DNA of 64,000 bases from Nanobdellota archaeon (GTDB taxonomy: Archaea; Nanobdellota; Nanobdellia; Woesearchaeales; GW2011-AR4), in NCBI GenBank assembly GCA_038046385.1, contig JBBSWH010000011.1:1-64000 (forward strand), given 5' to 3'. Of the stretch, positions 47,330-56,849 are shown one piece after another (within the stretch, counting starts at the first letter, position 1; the number at the start of each line of letters is the position of its first letter). The notes under the pieces are model-generated. The model searched no databases, was not told the origin of the DNA, and was given only the letters and a program-made list of their open reading frames with translations. The position numbers were made by a program, and so were the translations under genes.

Positions 47330-47482
47330 TTATCTGTGGTATTTTTCATTGATGCTGATTGCACGCATGTCTTCAGCGCCGCACTCGTTGCATCTGTAAA
47401 GATCATACTTGGAATTTCCGCTCTGTATCATGCCCTTCTTGAGCATTTTTTCATCGCATTTTTTGCATACTGGTTCTGCCAT
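47330..47482 (-). CDS. 50-aa zinc-ribbon microprotein (not in the ORF track)
   Basis: MAEPVCKKCDEKMLKKGMIQSGNSKYDLYRCNECGAEDMRAISINEKYHR*. Confidence 0.7.
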   Translation of the reverse strand: MAEPVCKKCDEKMLKKGMIQSGNSKYDLYRCNECGAEDMRAISINEKYHR

Positions 47483-47495
47483 TGTTCTTTTTCGC

Positions 47496-47954
47496 TCATG
47501 GCTTATTTATATATTTATTGTTTGGGACTAGTTTGTCGCCGACATCAATTCTGTTTTTGAATGCGAAGCCAGCGTTTGCCTCTATAACAAATTTTACCGG
47601 TTTTGAAGATTCATATACTTGGCATGGGTCTTTTTCACACGGAACTGCTGTTTTTACACTGACAATTTCCAAATTTTTATTTATGAAAATCATGTCCAAT
47701 GGGATTAGCGTATTTTTCATCCAGAATGAAACTTGTTTTTCATCATCAAAAATGAAAAGCATGCCTTCATTTTCTTCAAGCTTTTCCCTGAACATCAGCC
47801 CATTATCTCTTTCATTTTCATCGTCTGCAATATCAACATTTAGTCCAATCCATTCTTTTCCGTTGTCAATGAAAATATTTTCAGAATTTTCATCATAAAT
47901 TTTACTGCATCCAACTAAAAAAATCAGCAGAAAAAATAAAATTATTTTGCGCAT
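47496..47954 (-). CDS. DUF192 family lipoprotein
   Basis: LVGC lipobox; GLMFRE, GMLFIF, FWMKNTLIPLDMIF, VIEANAG. Confidence 0.92.
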   Translation of the reverse strand: MRKIILFFLLIFLVGCSKIYDENSENIFIDNGKEWIGLNVDIADDENERDNGLMFREKLEENEGMLFIFDDEKQVSFWMKNTLIPLDMIFINKNLEIVSVKTAVPCEKDPCQVYESSKPVKFVIEANAGFAFKNRIDVGDKLVPNNKYINKP

Positions 47955-48947
47955 TTTTGATTAAAAATTTCGCAAGAATTTAATCTTTTTGATTAGGTTT
48001 TGCAATTATCAATAACTATATTATTTAATCTATTATTATATCAATTAAGCGTATTAATCTAATATATTAAATAGATTATTAAATATGTTTTGTTATATCT
48101 CTATTATGATATAGCTAAATTAAAGATTGTTTTAAATAATATATTTGACTCATAAACATAATTTCGATATAGAAAATAAATGTTTAGGAGTGATGTTGAC
48201 TCATAGAAAGTGAGACATAGAAGTGCAACAATGAGTGTAGTCCAAGGCAGTTTTTACACAGGTTTTCACAAAAAAGAATGATTTACGAGTGTTTACTAGA
48301 TAGGTAAAGCTAGGAATAAAATGGATTGGATCTAATCATGGTTGGTTAAGGTACATTGGAGAGCATATTGGAAGGTGGACTAATAAGTTTTTGGGCTTGG
48401 TGAGGCAGGTGGGTGGTCGGCCCTTAGGATGGATTTCCAGGTAAGGGGTGTCAAACTAAGGAGGTAGCCAAATCGGTCAGCCATTAAAATTTAGACATTC
48501 TTAACTTGCGCTCGAAGGCACCCTATAGCAGCAAAATAGGCATACTGGCAAAAATTGACTAACAAACTGCAGTTTGTATGGTGTTTAACAGCTGTAAAGT
48601 GAGTGTTAAAGATTAAGTTAGGCACTAGGTTAATGGCATGTTTTTAGGTGCTATACAGCGTATAACACTAGTTTAGGGGGATTATAGCCACTATAGGCCT
48701 ATTTTGACAGTGTCGTGGTTTTAGACCAACCGCACAATAGCCTAAAAACTACTCGTAAAACCTATTTCGAATGAATGGATTGTCATTTACCTATGCGTAC
48801 TCTATATATTGACAAGCCAATCCTAATAAGTGAGAGTTAGAAGTGTTTTTGGTGAGTGATGGGCAAATTATTGACAAATCGCATAAATCTGCGTATACTC
48901 TATTTAAAAAGGAAAAAATAAAAAAGAAGTATTTTCTCGTCGACAAA

Positions 48948-49658
48948 CTATCCGAAGTAGTTTAACTTCTTGTTATCTACAGTTTCTTGCGCTTCCTTGC
49001 TCTTCTGCAGTATTGTCTTCAGCTTCTCTTCAAACTTCTTTGCCTGCTCAAGAAGAGGCTGATAATCAAGATCTATCCCTATATACTTATCCAGCGTTTC
49101 AATAAGCTTTGCAGCAGCCTTGCTGTCCGGTATATTCAGATGGGTTTCTGCAAACAAGCAGCTTAATGGTATTTTTTCAACTCTTAAAAGCACAGCTCCC
49201 GTAACTCCCATTATTATTCCTTCTTTTAGCGCTTCCACTCCTGCTTTCTCAAACAGCTTCGAGTTCTTCTCGTTATTTGAATAGTAAAACACCCTTGATG
49301 TTTCCGTCGGCTCATTCGTTCCAACGCCTTCTAAAGAGATTATTTCTTTTGCGTTGATATCGGAAGCTAACTTCTTGATTGCTTCTGCCATCTGCCATTC
49401 ATAGTGCGTTGCAGCAGTTATTGCATGTACAATCACAATGTTGTATTTTTCATTGTAATATATTGCCAATGGCTCAACAAGCTTTTTTTCGTGTATAGCG
49501 ACGACAGCCGGCATCTCGTCAAATGACATTTTACCGATTTGCTCTGTTTTTAAATGCTCAATAAGAAATTCCGATGCAATCGTTCCAACCAATCCATACC
49601 CAGGGAATCCCTGTATAATAGTGCAGTTCTTTGGCTTTTTCCATAATTTGTATTCCAT
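48948..49658 (-). CDS. Proteasome assembly chaperone (PAC2 family)
   Basis: GFPGYGLVGTIA, G.IMGVTGA.L, PDSKAAAKL, D..PL..QA. Confidence 0.9.
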   Translation of the reverse strand: MEYKLWKKPKNCTIIQGFPGYGLVGTIASEFLIEHLKTEQIGKMSFDEMPAVVAIHEKKLVEPLAIYYNEKYNIVIVHAITAATHYEWQMAEAIKKLASDINAKEIISLEGVGTNEPTETSRVFYYSNNEKNSKLFEKAGVEALKEGIIMGVTGAVLLRVEKIPLSCLFAETHLNIPDSKAAAKLIETLDKYIGIDLDYQPLLEQAKKFEEKLKTILQKSKEAQETVDNKKLNYFG

Positions 49659-49762
49659 TTTATCAACCTCTTTTTTTAACCGTAGATAACTTTGAATGAT
49701 TTATTGAGTTTATATATTTGATTCAAAGTTCTCTTAGAGAATTTTGACAAATTGATGATTTT

Positions 49763-50545
49763 TCAAAATTCTCCGTAAATTATCGTCCCTATCGCTTCAT
49801 TATTTAGCACATTGATTAGTACATTGTTTGCTCTTCCGTTTGCTATAACTACAATTACGCCCTCTCTTGTCGCTTTCTTCGCGGCCTCTATCTTCGCCTT
49901 CATTCCCCCAATTCCAAGGCTTGCTGATTTTCCGGCCATGCTCTCTATTCTTTTGTCTATATTTTTAACTTCTTTTATCAGCAAAGCGTTCTTATCGGCT
50001 GGATTTTTGTTGTAAAGTCCGTCTACATTTGTCAGGGCAATAAGCAAATCGGCTTTTATCTTTGTGGCTATCAAAGCAGAAAGATTGTCATTGTCTCCAA
50101 AAGAAGGGCCTATCTCGTTAATTGAAATAGGGTCATTTTCATTTATTATCGGAATTACTCCGAGTTCAAGCAGCTTTTCCATGCTGTTTCTAAGATTTTT
50201 GTATGTTTCTTTGTCTGCAATGTCGTCATACTTCAAAAGTATCTGGGCTATTTTGATATTATGTTTATCAAACAGTGACTTGTAAGTGGACATGAGTATG
50301 TTTTGTCCGACTGCAGCGCAAACCTGCTTCATTATGACATCTTTTGGCCTTTCTTTTAGCTTAAGTTCCTGCATTCCTGCGCCTATTGCGCCGCTTGTGA
50401 CAATTATAATTTCTCTTTTTTGTTTTATTTTTGCAATCTGCGAAACGAGATTCCCAATTAGCTTTAAATCTAGCATTCCTTTGTCGTCTGTCAAAGTGTT
50501 TGTTCCAATCTTGATTACAATCCTTTTTGCTTTTAAGTTTCTCAT
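49763..50545 (-). CDS. proB: Glutamate 5-kinase (no PUA domain)
   Basis: VIKIGT, VTSGAIGAG, Q..AAVGQ, AQILL, PIINEND, FGDNDNLSA, GGMKAK. Confidence 0.94.
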   Translation of the reverse strand: MRNLKAKRIVIKIGTNTLTDDKGMLDLKLIGNLVSQIAKIKQKREIIIVTSGAIGAGMQELKLKERPKDVIMKQVCAAVGQNILMSTYKSLFDKHNIKIAQILLKYDDIADKETYKNLRNSMEKLLELGVIPIINENDPISINEIGPSFGDNDNLSALIATKIKADLLIALTNVDGLYNKNPADKNALLIKEVKNIDKRIESMAGKSASLGIGGMKAKIEAAKKATREGVIVVIANGRANNVLINVLNNEAIGTIIYGEF

Positions 50546-50588
50546 TGTTGTTTTATTATTTTAATTTGTTTTTATTTTATTAAGTTTA

Positions 50589-50668
50589 GTTAATGAGTTA
50601 TTTTTAATGTTTTTTAGTTATTGTTTTTCGTTAATGAGTTTTTTATTGTTTTTATTCGTTATTGAGTT
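50589..50668. repeat. Three copies of GTTA(A/T)TGAGTT in a T-rich spacer between proA and proB
   Basis: Copies at 50589, 50630 and 50658. Confidence 0.45.
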
Positions 50669-50755
50669 CGTTTTATTGAACCATTTTTCCGTCCTTCGGA
50701 CAAAATCTTGTGCTCGCTGGCACCATAACCAGCTCGCCTATTTATTGTAACCTTA

Positions 50756-52039
50756 CTAAAACAATTTCTTAATTACTTTATGCGTGAACTTCTTCTTTCC
50801 GCTTGAGTAATCAGCCACAATTTGGCCTTTTCCAACTAGTTTGTACTTGTAAATAACCAACCCTTCCAGCCCAACAGGGCCTCTCGCGTGTATTTTGGCT
50901 GTGCTTACTCCGACTTCTGCGCCTTTTCCATAACGGAAACCGTCGGAAAACCTTGTTGATGCGTTCCACATCACAGAAGCAGAATCTACAAGGCTCATGA
51001 ACGTTTCTGCGTTCTTTTTATCTTCTGTTACAATAGCGTCAGTATGCTTTGAGCCGTACTTGTTTATGTGCTCAACAGCTTTATTTACATTATTGACTAT
51101 CTTGATTGACAAAATCAAATCATTGTATTCAGTTTCCCAGTCTTTTTCTGTTGCTGCTTCTGAAGATATTATCTTTCTTGTTTTGTCATCCCCTCTAAGC
51201 TCAACTCCTTTTAGTTTTCCAGCTGCTAATGGCAAAAACTTTTTTGCAATGTCCTTGTGCACAAGCAGAGTTTCCATTGCATTGCACACAGCAGGGTACT
51301 GGCATTTTGCGTCAAATGAAATGTCAACCGCTTTCTTCAAATCTGCGCTTTTGTCAACATAAACATGGCATATGCCGTCAGAATGCCCAAGCACAGCTAT
51401 CTTTGTGTTTTCCTGTACGTATTTTACGAACGCATTACTTCCTCTAGGGATTATTAGGCTGATATACTTGTCCATCTTGAGCATTTCTGCTACTTGTTCC
51501 CTTGTTTCTATCAGCTGTATAGCTCCTTTTGGAACACCGTTCTTTTCAGCAGCATCTGAAATTATCTTTACAAGAATCCTGTTAGAGTTTAATGCTTCAG
51601 ACCCTCCTTTGAGTATCACAGCATTTCCTGATTTTAAGCACAAAGAGCTTATTTGCGGCACAACATCAGGCCTTGACTCAAATATTGCTCCAATAACTCC
51701 GATTGGGCATGTAACCTGATAAAGCATTAAGTTGTTATCCAATTCCATCTGCGAGATTGTTTTCCCGGAAGGATCATCCAGCTTCGCAACGCCTTTTACT
51801 TCAGCTATTATTTCATCTATCTTGTGATTGTCAACAAGCAATCTTTTTACCAGAACGCCGCTTAATCCTGCTTTCTTTGCAGCTTCTATGTCCTTTTTGT
51901 TTGCTTCAATTATTGCCTTAGAATTCTTCTTTATTGCATTTGCTATTGCTAATAATGCTTTATTTTTTACGTTTGTTGGAAGCACAGCTAGCTTTATTGA
52001 TGCATCTCTTGCCAGTTTTGCCTGTGCTTCTATGCTCAT
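50756..52039 (-). CDS. proA: Glutamate-5-semialdehyde dehydrogenase
   Basis: PIGVIGAIFESRP, KSGNAVILKGGSEA, IPRG, GICHVYVD, CNAMETLL, HTDAI, NASTRFSDG, HARGPVGL. Confidence 0.97.
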   Translation of the reverse strand: MSIEAQAKLARDASIKLAVLPTNVKNKALLAIANAIKKNSKAIIEANKKDIEAAKKAGLSGVLVKRLLVDNHKIDEIIAEVKGVAKLDDPSGKTISQMELDNNLMLYQVTCPIGVIGAIFESRPDVVPQISSLCLKSGNAVILKGGSEALNSNRILVKIISDAAEKNGVPKGAIQLIETREQVAEMLKMDKYISLIIPRGSNAFVKYVQENTKIAVLGHSDGICHVYVDKSADLKKAVDISFDAKCQYPAVCNAMETLLVHKDIAKKFLPLAAGKLKGVELRGDDKTRKIISSEAATEKDWETEYNDLILSIKIVNNVNKAVEHINKYGSKHTDAIVTEDKKNAETFMSLVDSASVMWNASTRFSDGFRYGKGAEVGVSTAKIHARGPVGLEGLVIYKYKLVGKGQIVADYSSGKKKFTHKVIKKLF

Positions 52040-52845
52040 TTTCCCATTTCCCTGCTTCTTTTTGCTGCAGCATTTACTGTTTTAGCCAAAATATCCTTTG
52101 CTTTTAGTTTATCCAGCATCTCAAGCCCTGCAACAGTTGTTCCTCCCTTTGAAGCAACCATTGCAATAAGCTCTTCCGGAAGGATGTTGTTTTGCATTAA
52201 TAATTTTCCTGTTCCCAATGCTGTTTGAGCAGCTAATTTGTAGGATACTTCTTTTGACAGCCCTTCTTTTATCCCCTGCTTTGCGATAGCGTCTATGAAA
52301 TAGGCGAAAAAAGCAGGACCTGATCCACTTACTCCGATTAAAGCATCAATTTGACTTTCTTTTAATTGGAAAGTAATGCCTGCAGCGCTTAATAATCTTG
52401 AAACTTCTTTTACATCTTCCTTTGTTGCCAATTTTCCTTTCACAAATCCAGAAGCCATTTCTCCAACCAAACAGTTTACATTCGGCATTACCCTGATTAT
52501 TCTCTTATTCTTTAGAATATTTTCATAATGTTTTAGCTTTATTCCTGCTGCAATTGAAACTATTAACTGATTTGTTATTGTATACTTTATTTCATTTAAT
52601 AAAACGTCCATGTCCTGTGGTTTTACGCAGAGGAAAACAATGTCTGCTTTTTTTATTGCTTCTATATTACTGTTCGTCGTCTTTACATTCCTGAATTTAG
52701 CTTTTATATTTTTTAGATTCTGCTCATATTTGTCAGCAGCGATTATTTCTTTTGCAAGATTGTTGCTGTAGATGGAGCTAATCAGCGCGCTTGCCATCTT
52801 CCCTGTTCCGATAAAAGAGATTGTTTTTATTTTAGTTTCTTCCAT
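52036..52845 (-). CDS. proC: Pyrroline-5-carboxylate reductase
   Basis: FIGTGKMA, VKPQ, SIAAGI, RVMPN, SGSGPA, VASKGGTT. Confidence 0.96.
   Translation of the reverse strand: MEETKIKTISFIGTGKMASALISSIYSNNLAKEIIAADKYEQNLKNIKAKFRNVKTTNSNIEAIKKADIVFLCVKPQDMDVLLNEIKYTITNQLIVSIAAGIKLKHYENILKNKRIIRVMPNVNCLVGEMASGFVKGKLATKEDVKEVSRLLSAAGITFQLKESQIDALIGVSGSGPAFFAYFIDAIAKQGIKEGLSKEVSYKLAAQTALGTGKLLMQNNILPEELIAMVASKGGTTVAGLEMLDKLKAKDILAKTVNAAAKRSREMGK
52752..52800 (+). repeat. Direct repeat, copy A (inside the proC 5' end)
   Basis: TTGCAAGATTGTTGCTGTAGATGGAGCTAATCAGCGCGCTTGCCATCTT. Confidence 0.85.
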
Positions 52846-53413
52846 AGTAATTCCACATTGTATCTATGTAAAATGAATGATTATTCAAGATTATATGGTT
52901 CTCTTGTATTTCTTTTATTAAAGTTTGCTGTTTTTGCAATGATTCTATAAATTCATCCTCTGATAACGAAATACTGTGGATTTTGTATGGCAGCAGGTGA
53001 GAAGGATAACTAACTTTTTTGCCGGATATTAAAAACAAATCAAGATCAGAGTCTTTATCCGCCTTAAATTTGGCAAAACTCCCAAAAACAATGACTGGCT
53101 CGTTGATTTTGAGCTCTTTGAGAAAAATATTAAAATTAGGGTATTTATTAATGAAACACGATGTTCTGTACACCTCTGCCTTAAGCAAGTGCAGCTTTGT
53201 TTGGATATTGCCAAGATTCAGATTGAAATACTTGTTCTTGCCGCTTACTGAACCCTTGAGTATACTCTCTTTTTCAAGATGGTTTACCAGATTTTGCGTA
53301 GTTTTTAGCGGCAGCTTGGCAAGCCTGCTTATTTCCCTCAGATAAAACTGCCTTTTGTAATCCCCTAAGAATAATGCCAGAATCGCCAGATAACTGTTTC
53401 TTTTTAGATACAT
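52832..53413 (-). CDS. wHTH-fused minimal nucleotidyltransferase (MNT)
   Basis: YLREISRLAKL HTH; VFGSFAK....DSDLDLF. Confidence 0.88.
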   Translation of the reverse strand: MYLKRNSYLAILALFLGDYKRQFYLREISRLAKLPLKTTQNLVNHLEKESILKGSVSGKNKYFNLNLGNIQTKLHLLKAEVYRTSCFINKYPNFNIFLKELKINEPVIVFGSFAKFKADKDSDLDLFLISGKKVSYPSHLLPYKIHSISLSEDEFIESLQKQQTLIKEIQENHIILNNHSFYIDTMWNYYGRN

Positions 53414-53421
53414 ATGTATCT
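53406..53421. promoter_or_regulatory. Palindromic operator candidate over the MNT start codon
   Basis: AGATACATATGTATCT is a perfect 16-bp palindrome; a second TTTTTAGATACA half-site follows 20 bp on. Confidence 0.55.
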
Positions 53422-53494
53422 TTTTAGATACAATTGGTATAAATACTTTTCTATAGTAAAAATATAAACTAAAGTTAACACCTATTAACTGAAG

Positions 53495-53532
53495 TTTGCA
53501 AGATTGTTGCTGTAGATGGAGCTAATCAACGC
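53495..53532 (+). repeat. Direct repeat, copy B
   Basis: TTTGCAAGATTGTTGCTGTAGATGGAGCTAATCAACGC, intergenic, one mismatch to copy A. Confidence 0.85.
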
Positions 53533-53610
53533 AGATGTGATATCTATGGTTTTTTACAGCACTTGTGTTTTTACAGAAGCTTTAAATAAGGATACCACTT
53601 ACTAGGGACT

Positions 53611-54330
53611 ATGAATAGGGAACTCGAAAGAAGAATTGAGGAAGCATGGCAATCTCTTTCCCCGCAGCTTAGGGCTGACGTTCAAAGAGAAGTTGGATTT
53701 AATAGGGAAGATGTTTCTGCAGAGCAATTGAGAGAGATAGTTCTTGGCTATGTCGGGCCTAAATTAATGATGGTAAAATCTGAAAGGCTTGTAAGGGAAG
53801 AAGCTGACAGAATAAGGCGTGAAGTACAGGATGAAGTAAGATCAACATTGGGAGATATGCAAAGCCAATATTCTGCTTTTTTAACTCATGTATCTTCCAT
53901 TATGGAAAACCTTGTAGCATTAAAACAAATGGAAGCAACGCGTCCAACTCAAATAGCAGCCAATCCAGTTCCTGAGCAAAAATATTTCCCGCCTTCACTT
54001 TCTTATACAAACTGCATAAGGCACCATGATCCGACTTCAGAACATCCTAAGGGTGAACCAGGTCCGGAAAGATGTGTTTTAACAATTCCACAGGAAGATG
54101 GAATACACATGAGGTGCTTAGTGGCGTATGCTTCACAGAATCCCGGTGATCAGGGATTTGCCAGATTACCTTACCAAGTATTTCACGCAGAGTTATTAAG
54201 GCAAGGGGGATGTCCAAGACCCTTGAGCAGAAGCATCAGCAGAAGGCTTCCTGTAATCAGCTACCTTTTTACTAAACCGGACATTTGTCCATTAGCTGGC
54301 GGAGAAGAGATGATTGTAGGACACAAATAA
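53611..54330 (+). CDS. Hypothetical protein (helical N-terminus, Cys/His-containing C-terminus)
   Basis: 239-aa ORF after a TTTAAATA box. Confidence 0.7.
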   Translation: MNRELERRIEEAWQSLSPQLRADVQREVGFNREDVSAEQLREIVLGYVGPKLMMVKSERLVREEADRIRREVQDEVRSTLGDMQSQYSAFLTHVSSIMENLVALKQMEATRPTQIAANPVPEQKYFPPSLSYTNCIRHHDPTSEHPKGEPGPERCVLTIPQEDGIHMRCLVAYASQNPGDQGFARLPYQVFHAELLRQGGCPRPLSRSISRRLPVISYLFTKPDICPLAGGEEMIVGHK

Positions 54331-54331
54331 A

Positions 54332-55267
54332 ATGCCACAAGATGATTTAGAAGCAGAATTGGAAAGAGCATTTGAAGGATTTCAGGCAACTAGACTAGTT
54401 GATATTATGGGTGGAACTCATAGAAGTAATCCTACTGTAGGAAGAACACCTTTAGTTGTCCTGATAGAAGATCATTCCAATCCAAATCTTGAAAATATGA
54501 TTGCTTATTTGGAAAGAAACAAAGGCAAAATGCCTTATAGTGAGTTAGTGGATAAGCATATAGAAATAGTCAGGTATTTTACACGCATAGCTCATTTACA
54601 AATTCCCGGGGTTCAAGAATTGCGTGAACAGGAGCTTGAAGCTCTTTCATCTTTATACAAGAGACAAGAACAACAGAGAAAATTAGAAGAAGTATTAGCT
54701 ATAGACAGAGCACAATTAATACACTTAAAAGAATCTGGAATCAGAATGGACGCACTTTCTCAAATACTTTACAACCATCTCTTTGCAAATGCCGGAGAAC
54801 TGGTAAGGCCGGAAGAAAGAGATAGGCTACTTAACGATTCTTCTGTTAGACTTGCAGCATTAAGATTTTATTCAAGAGAAACAGGCGAGGGCAAAGTGGA
54901 ATCTGCAAGCGGTGATGCAGGCACTCAGCTCGTAAGGCTAAATTCAAGCGCGACAGGCCTTCAAATAAGAGGTTCTAATTTGAGAGAAAAAGTTGCCGCT
55001 TATTTAACAGTAGGATACTTCTTGGGATATTTTGAAAGGCAAATAAGCGGAATACAAGCAAAAATAGAAGACACTAAGGCAAAATATGCTCCGGTAAAAT
55101 TATCTCCTGACGAAGAGCTTAAATTGAGAGAATTCGAAAGCGGCGGGCATAAAAAATACAGCCCTTCAAGCTATTTTGCAATGTATACAAATTCTGTATG
55201 GGCGCAAGTTTTACATTTTATCAGGGAATCAAAAAAAGCTGGAGCTAACGTAAACATCAATCTTTAA
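54332..55267 (+). CDS. Hypothetical helical protein
   Basis: 311-aa ORF, 1-nt gap to the upstream gene. Confidence 0.7.
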   Translation: MPQDDLEAELERAFEGFQATRLVDIMGGTHRSNPTVGRTPLVVLIEDHSNPNLENMIAYLERNKGKMPYSELVDKHIEIVRYFTRIAHLQIPGVQELREQELEALSSLYKRQEQQRKLEEVLAIDRAQLIHLKESGIRMDALSQILYNHLFANAGELVRPEERDRLLNDSSVRLAALRFYSRETGEGKVESASGDAGTQLVRLNSSATGLQIRGSNLREKVAAYLTVGYFLGYFERQISGIQAKIEDTKAKYAPVKLSPDEELKLREFESGGHKKYSPSSYFAMYTNSVWAQVLHFIRESKKAGANVNINL

Positions 55268-55270
55268 AAA

Positions 55271-56665
55271 ATGGCACAGGATGACCTACTAGCAAGGCTT
55301 AACAAAGCATTTGAAGAGCAGCATCAAAGAGCTAGAGCAAGGGCTGCCAAAGAAGGAAAAAGAGAATTTACGCAGGCTGATTATGATACAAACCCAGTCG
55401 TAAAATTAGCTAAAGTTTATGATTGGTGGGGAGATATTTCCCTTTCATTGGATGAAAGAGTAAGTGATCTTGAAAAAAATTTAGGCTCACTTAATTTTTC
55501 TGCAGATAACATGCGGGCTTTCCATGCTGAATTTCCAAGGCTTCAAAATGCAGAAGACGTCAAAGATAGCCCTTACGGATTCTCAAATGACAGCATTAAT
55601 TATATACTATTTATGTGTACGTTGGGAAAAATAGCTAAGTCCAAAGGCGAATATTCTTCAGATCCAGAAATTAAGCCTTTCTTTGATTCAGGAAAGTTAA
55701 TGCCGCAATTGACTTATCTTGCAACACATACCAGCAAGCCCAGAATTAAGTTTGATGGTTTGGACACCGTAGTTCTTACAGGAATTAAATGGGGAATTTT
55801 TAATGAATTTAATCATGGAAAACTGACTATTGACTGCGCTTTGCCTAACCTTTACGGAGGAGTAGGCAACAAAATGAAAGGTGGCACTATTAGAATGACT
55901 GATAAAGTTAAACCCGACTCTTTGGGCTGGAATATGGAAGGGGGTACTTTAATTTATGATGGCGATTTTACGGGTGATGGGGGTATAGGAGAAGAAATGA
56001 AAGGCGGAACAATCCAAATTAATGGCGATGTTTATAGTGATTCTAACATTGGACATTTAATGCAACGTGGTAGCATTATAATAAATGGGAGTTATATTTA
56101 CGGCAAAAACACCGCTACTTATGGAGCAGGACACGAAATGAAAGGAGGAACTATCACAATAAAAAAAGATGCAAGAGACTGCTATCAACTTGGCTGGCAT
56201 ATGAAAGGGGGTCAACTAATAGTTGAAGGCAGCGCCTATGGTAAAATAGATGTAGGAACTTGGAGTGGGCAAGGAGCTACTATCGAAATAAAAGAAGACT
56301 GCTTAGTTAAAGAAATTGGAACCCTATTAGCAGGAGGAGAAATTAAAATAGGCGGAAATGCAGAAGTGAATATAGCATCAAGCATGGAAAGTGGCTTGAT
56401 ACGCATCAGAGGCAATGCCACCAATCAATCTGATGGGGGGTATGGATACTCTCTTGGCTGCGGCATGAAAGGGGGAGTAGTAGAAATTGGAGGAGATTTA
56501 ACAGAAATATCTAGCAGCATGGAAGGAGGAACAGTCAAAATAGGCGGAAATTTTATTTATAAGGATTCTCTTATGGGTGGCGGACAGGTTTATGAAAGAG
56601 GGGTTTTAGTACCACATTTAACTTTTTTGCGCGTAGTGGGTAAGATATTAAAGTTAATAGAATAA
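55271..56665 (+). CDS. GXGXG/FwdC-like beta-helix repeat protein with unrelated N-terminal region
   Basis: About ten G-x2-M-x-GG-x-I-x-I-x-G repeats. Confidence 0.8.
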   Translation: MAQDDLLARLNKAFEEQHQRARARAAKEGKREFTQADYDTNPVVKLAKVYDWWGDISLSLDERVSDLEKNLGSLNFSADNMRAFHAEFPRLQNAEDVKDSPYGFSNDSINYILFMCTLGKIAKSKGEYSSDPEIKPFFDSGKLMPQLTYLATHTSKPRIKFDGLDTVVLTGIKWGIFNEFNHGKLTIDCALPNLYGGVGNKMKGGTIRMTDKVKPDSLGWNMEGGTLIYDGDFTGDGGIGEEMKGGTIQINGDVYSDSNIGHLMQRGSIIINGSYIYGKNTATYGAGHEMKGGTITIKKDARDCYQLGWHMKGGQLIVEGSAYGKIDVGTWSGQGATIEIKEDCLVKEIGTLLAGGEIKIGGNAEVNIASSMESGLIRIRGNATNQSDGGYGYSLGCGMKGGVVEIGGDLTEISSSMEGGTVKIGGNFIYKDSLMGGGQVYERGVLVPHLTFLRVVGKILKLIE

Positions 56666-56767
56666 ATAGTTTACTGCTTCTTTACAACTTCAACTTTGGC
56701 TCTTACGCCTACAAGATAATTCATAGAATCAACGACTGCAGCGTACATCCCGTTGCAGTATCTGTGG

Positions 56768-56816
56768 TTGCAAGATTGTTTTTGTAGATGGAGCTAATCA
56801 ACGCGCTTGCCATCTT
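56768..56816 (+). repeat. Direct repeat, copy C
   Basis: TTGCAAGATTGTTTTTGTAGATGGAGCTAATCAACGCGCTTGCCATCTT, 46/49 identical to copy A. Confidence 0.85.
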
Positions 56817-56849
56817 TCTAGTTATGGTAGGGGAATTGTTTTGGTTTCA

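Noticed and set aside
48181-48900. RNase P RNA, SRP RNA, self-splicing intron or reversed coding sequence
   Set aside because: No GAGGAAAGUCC, SRP helix-8 or intron core motif was found on either strand by eye, and the reversed reading gave no convincing protein.
55271-56665. Formylmethanofuran dehydrogenase subunit C as evidence of C1 metabolism
   Set aside because: Only the generic beta-helix repeat is present, fused to an unrelated N-terminus, with no other fwd or glutamate synthase genes nearby.
56670-56767. Minus-strand gene remnant (..MYAAVVDSMNYLVGVRAKVEVVKKQ*) next to repeat copy C
   Set aside because: It looks coding but is too short to assign; it may be integration debris.
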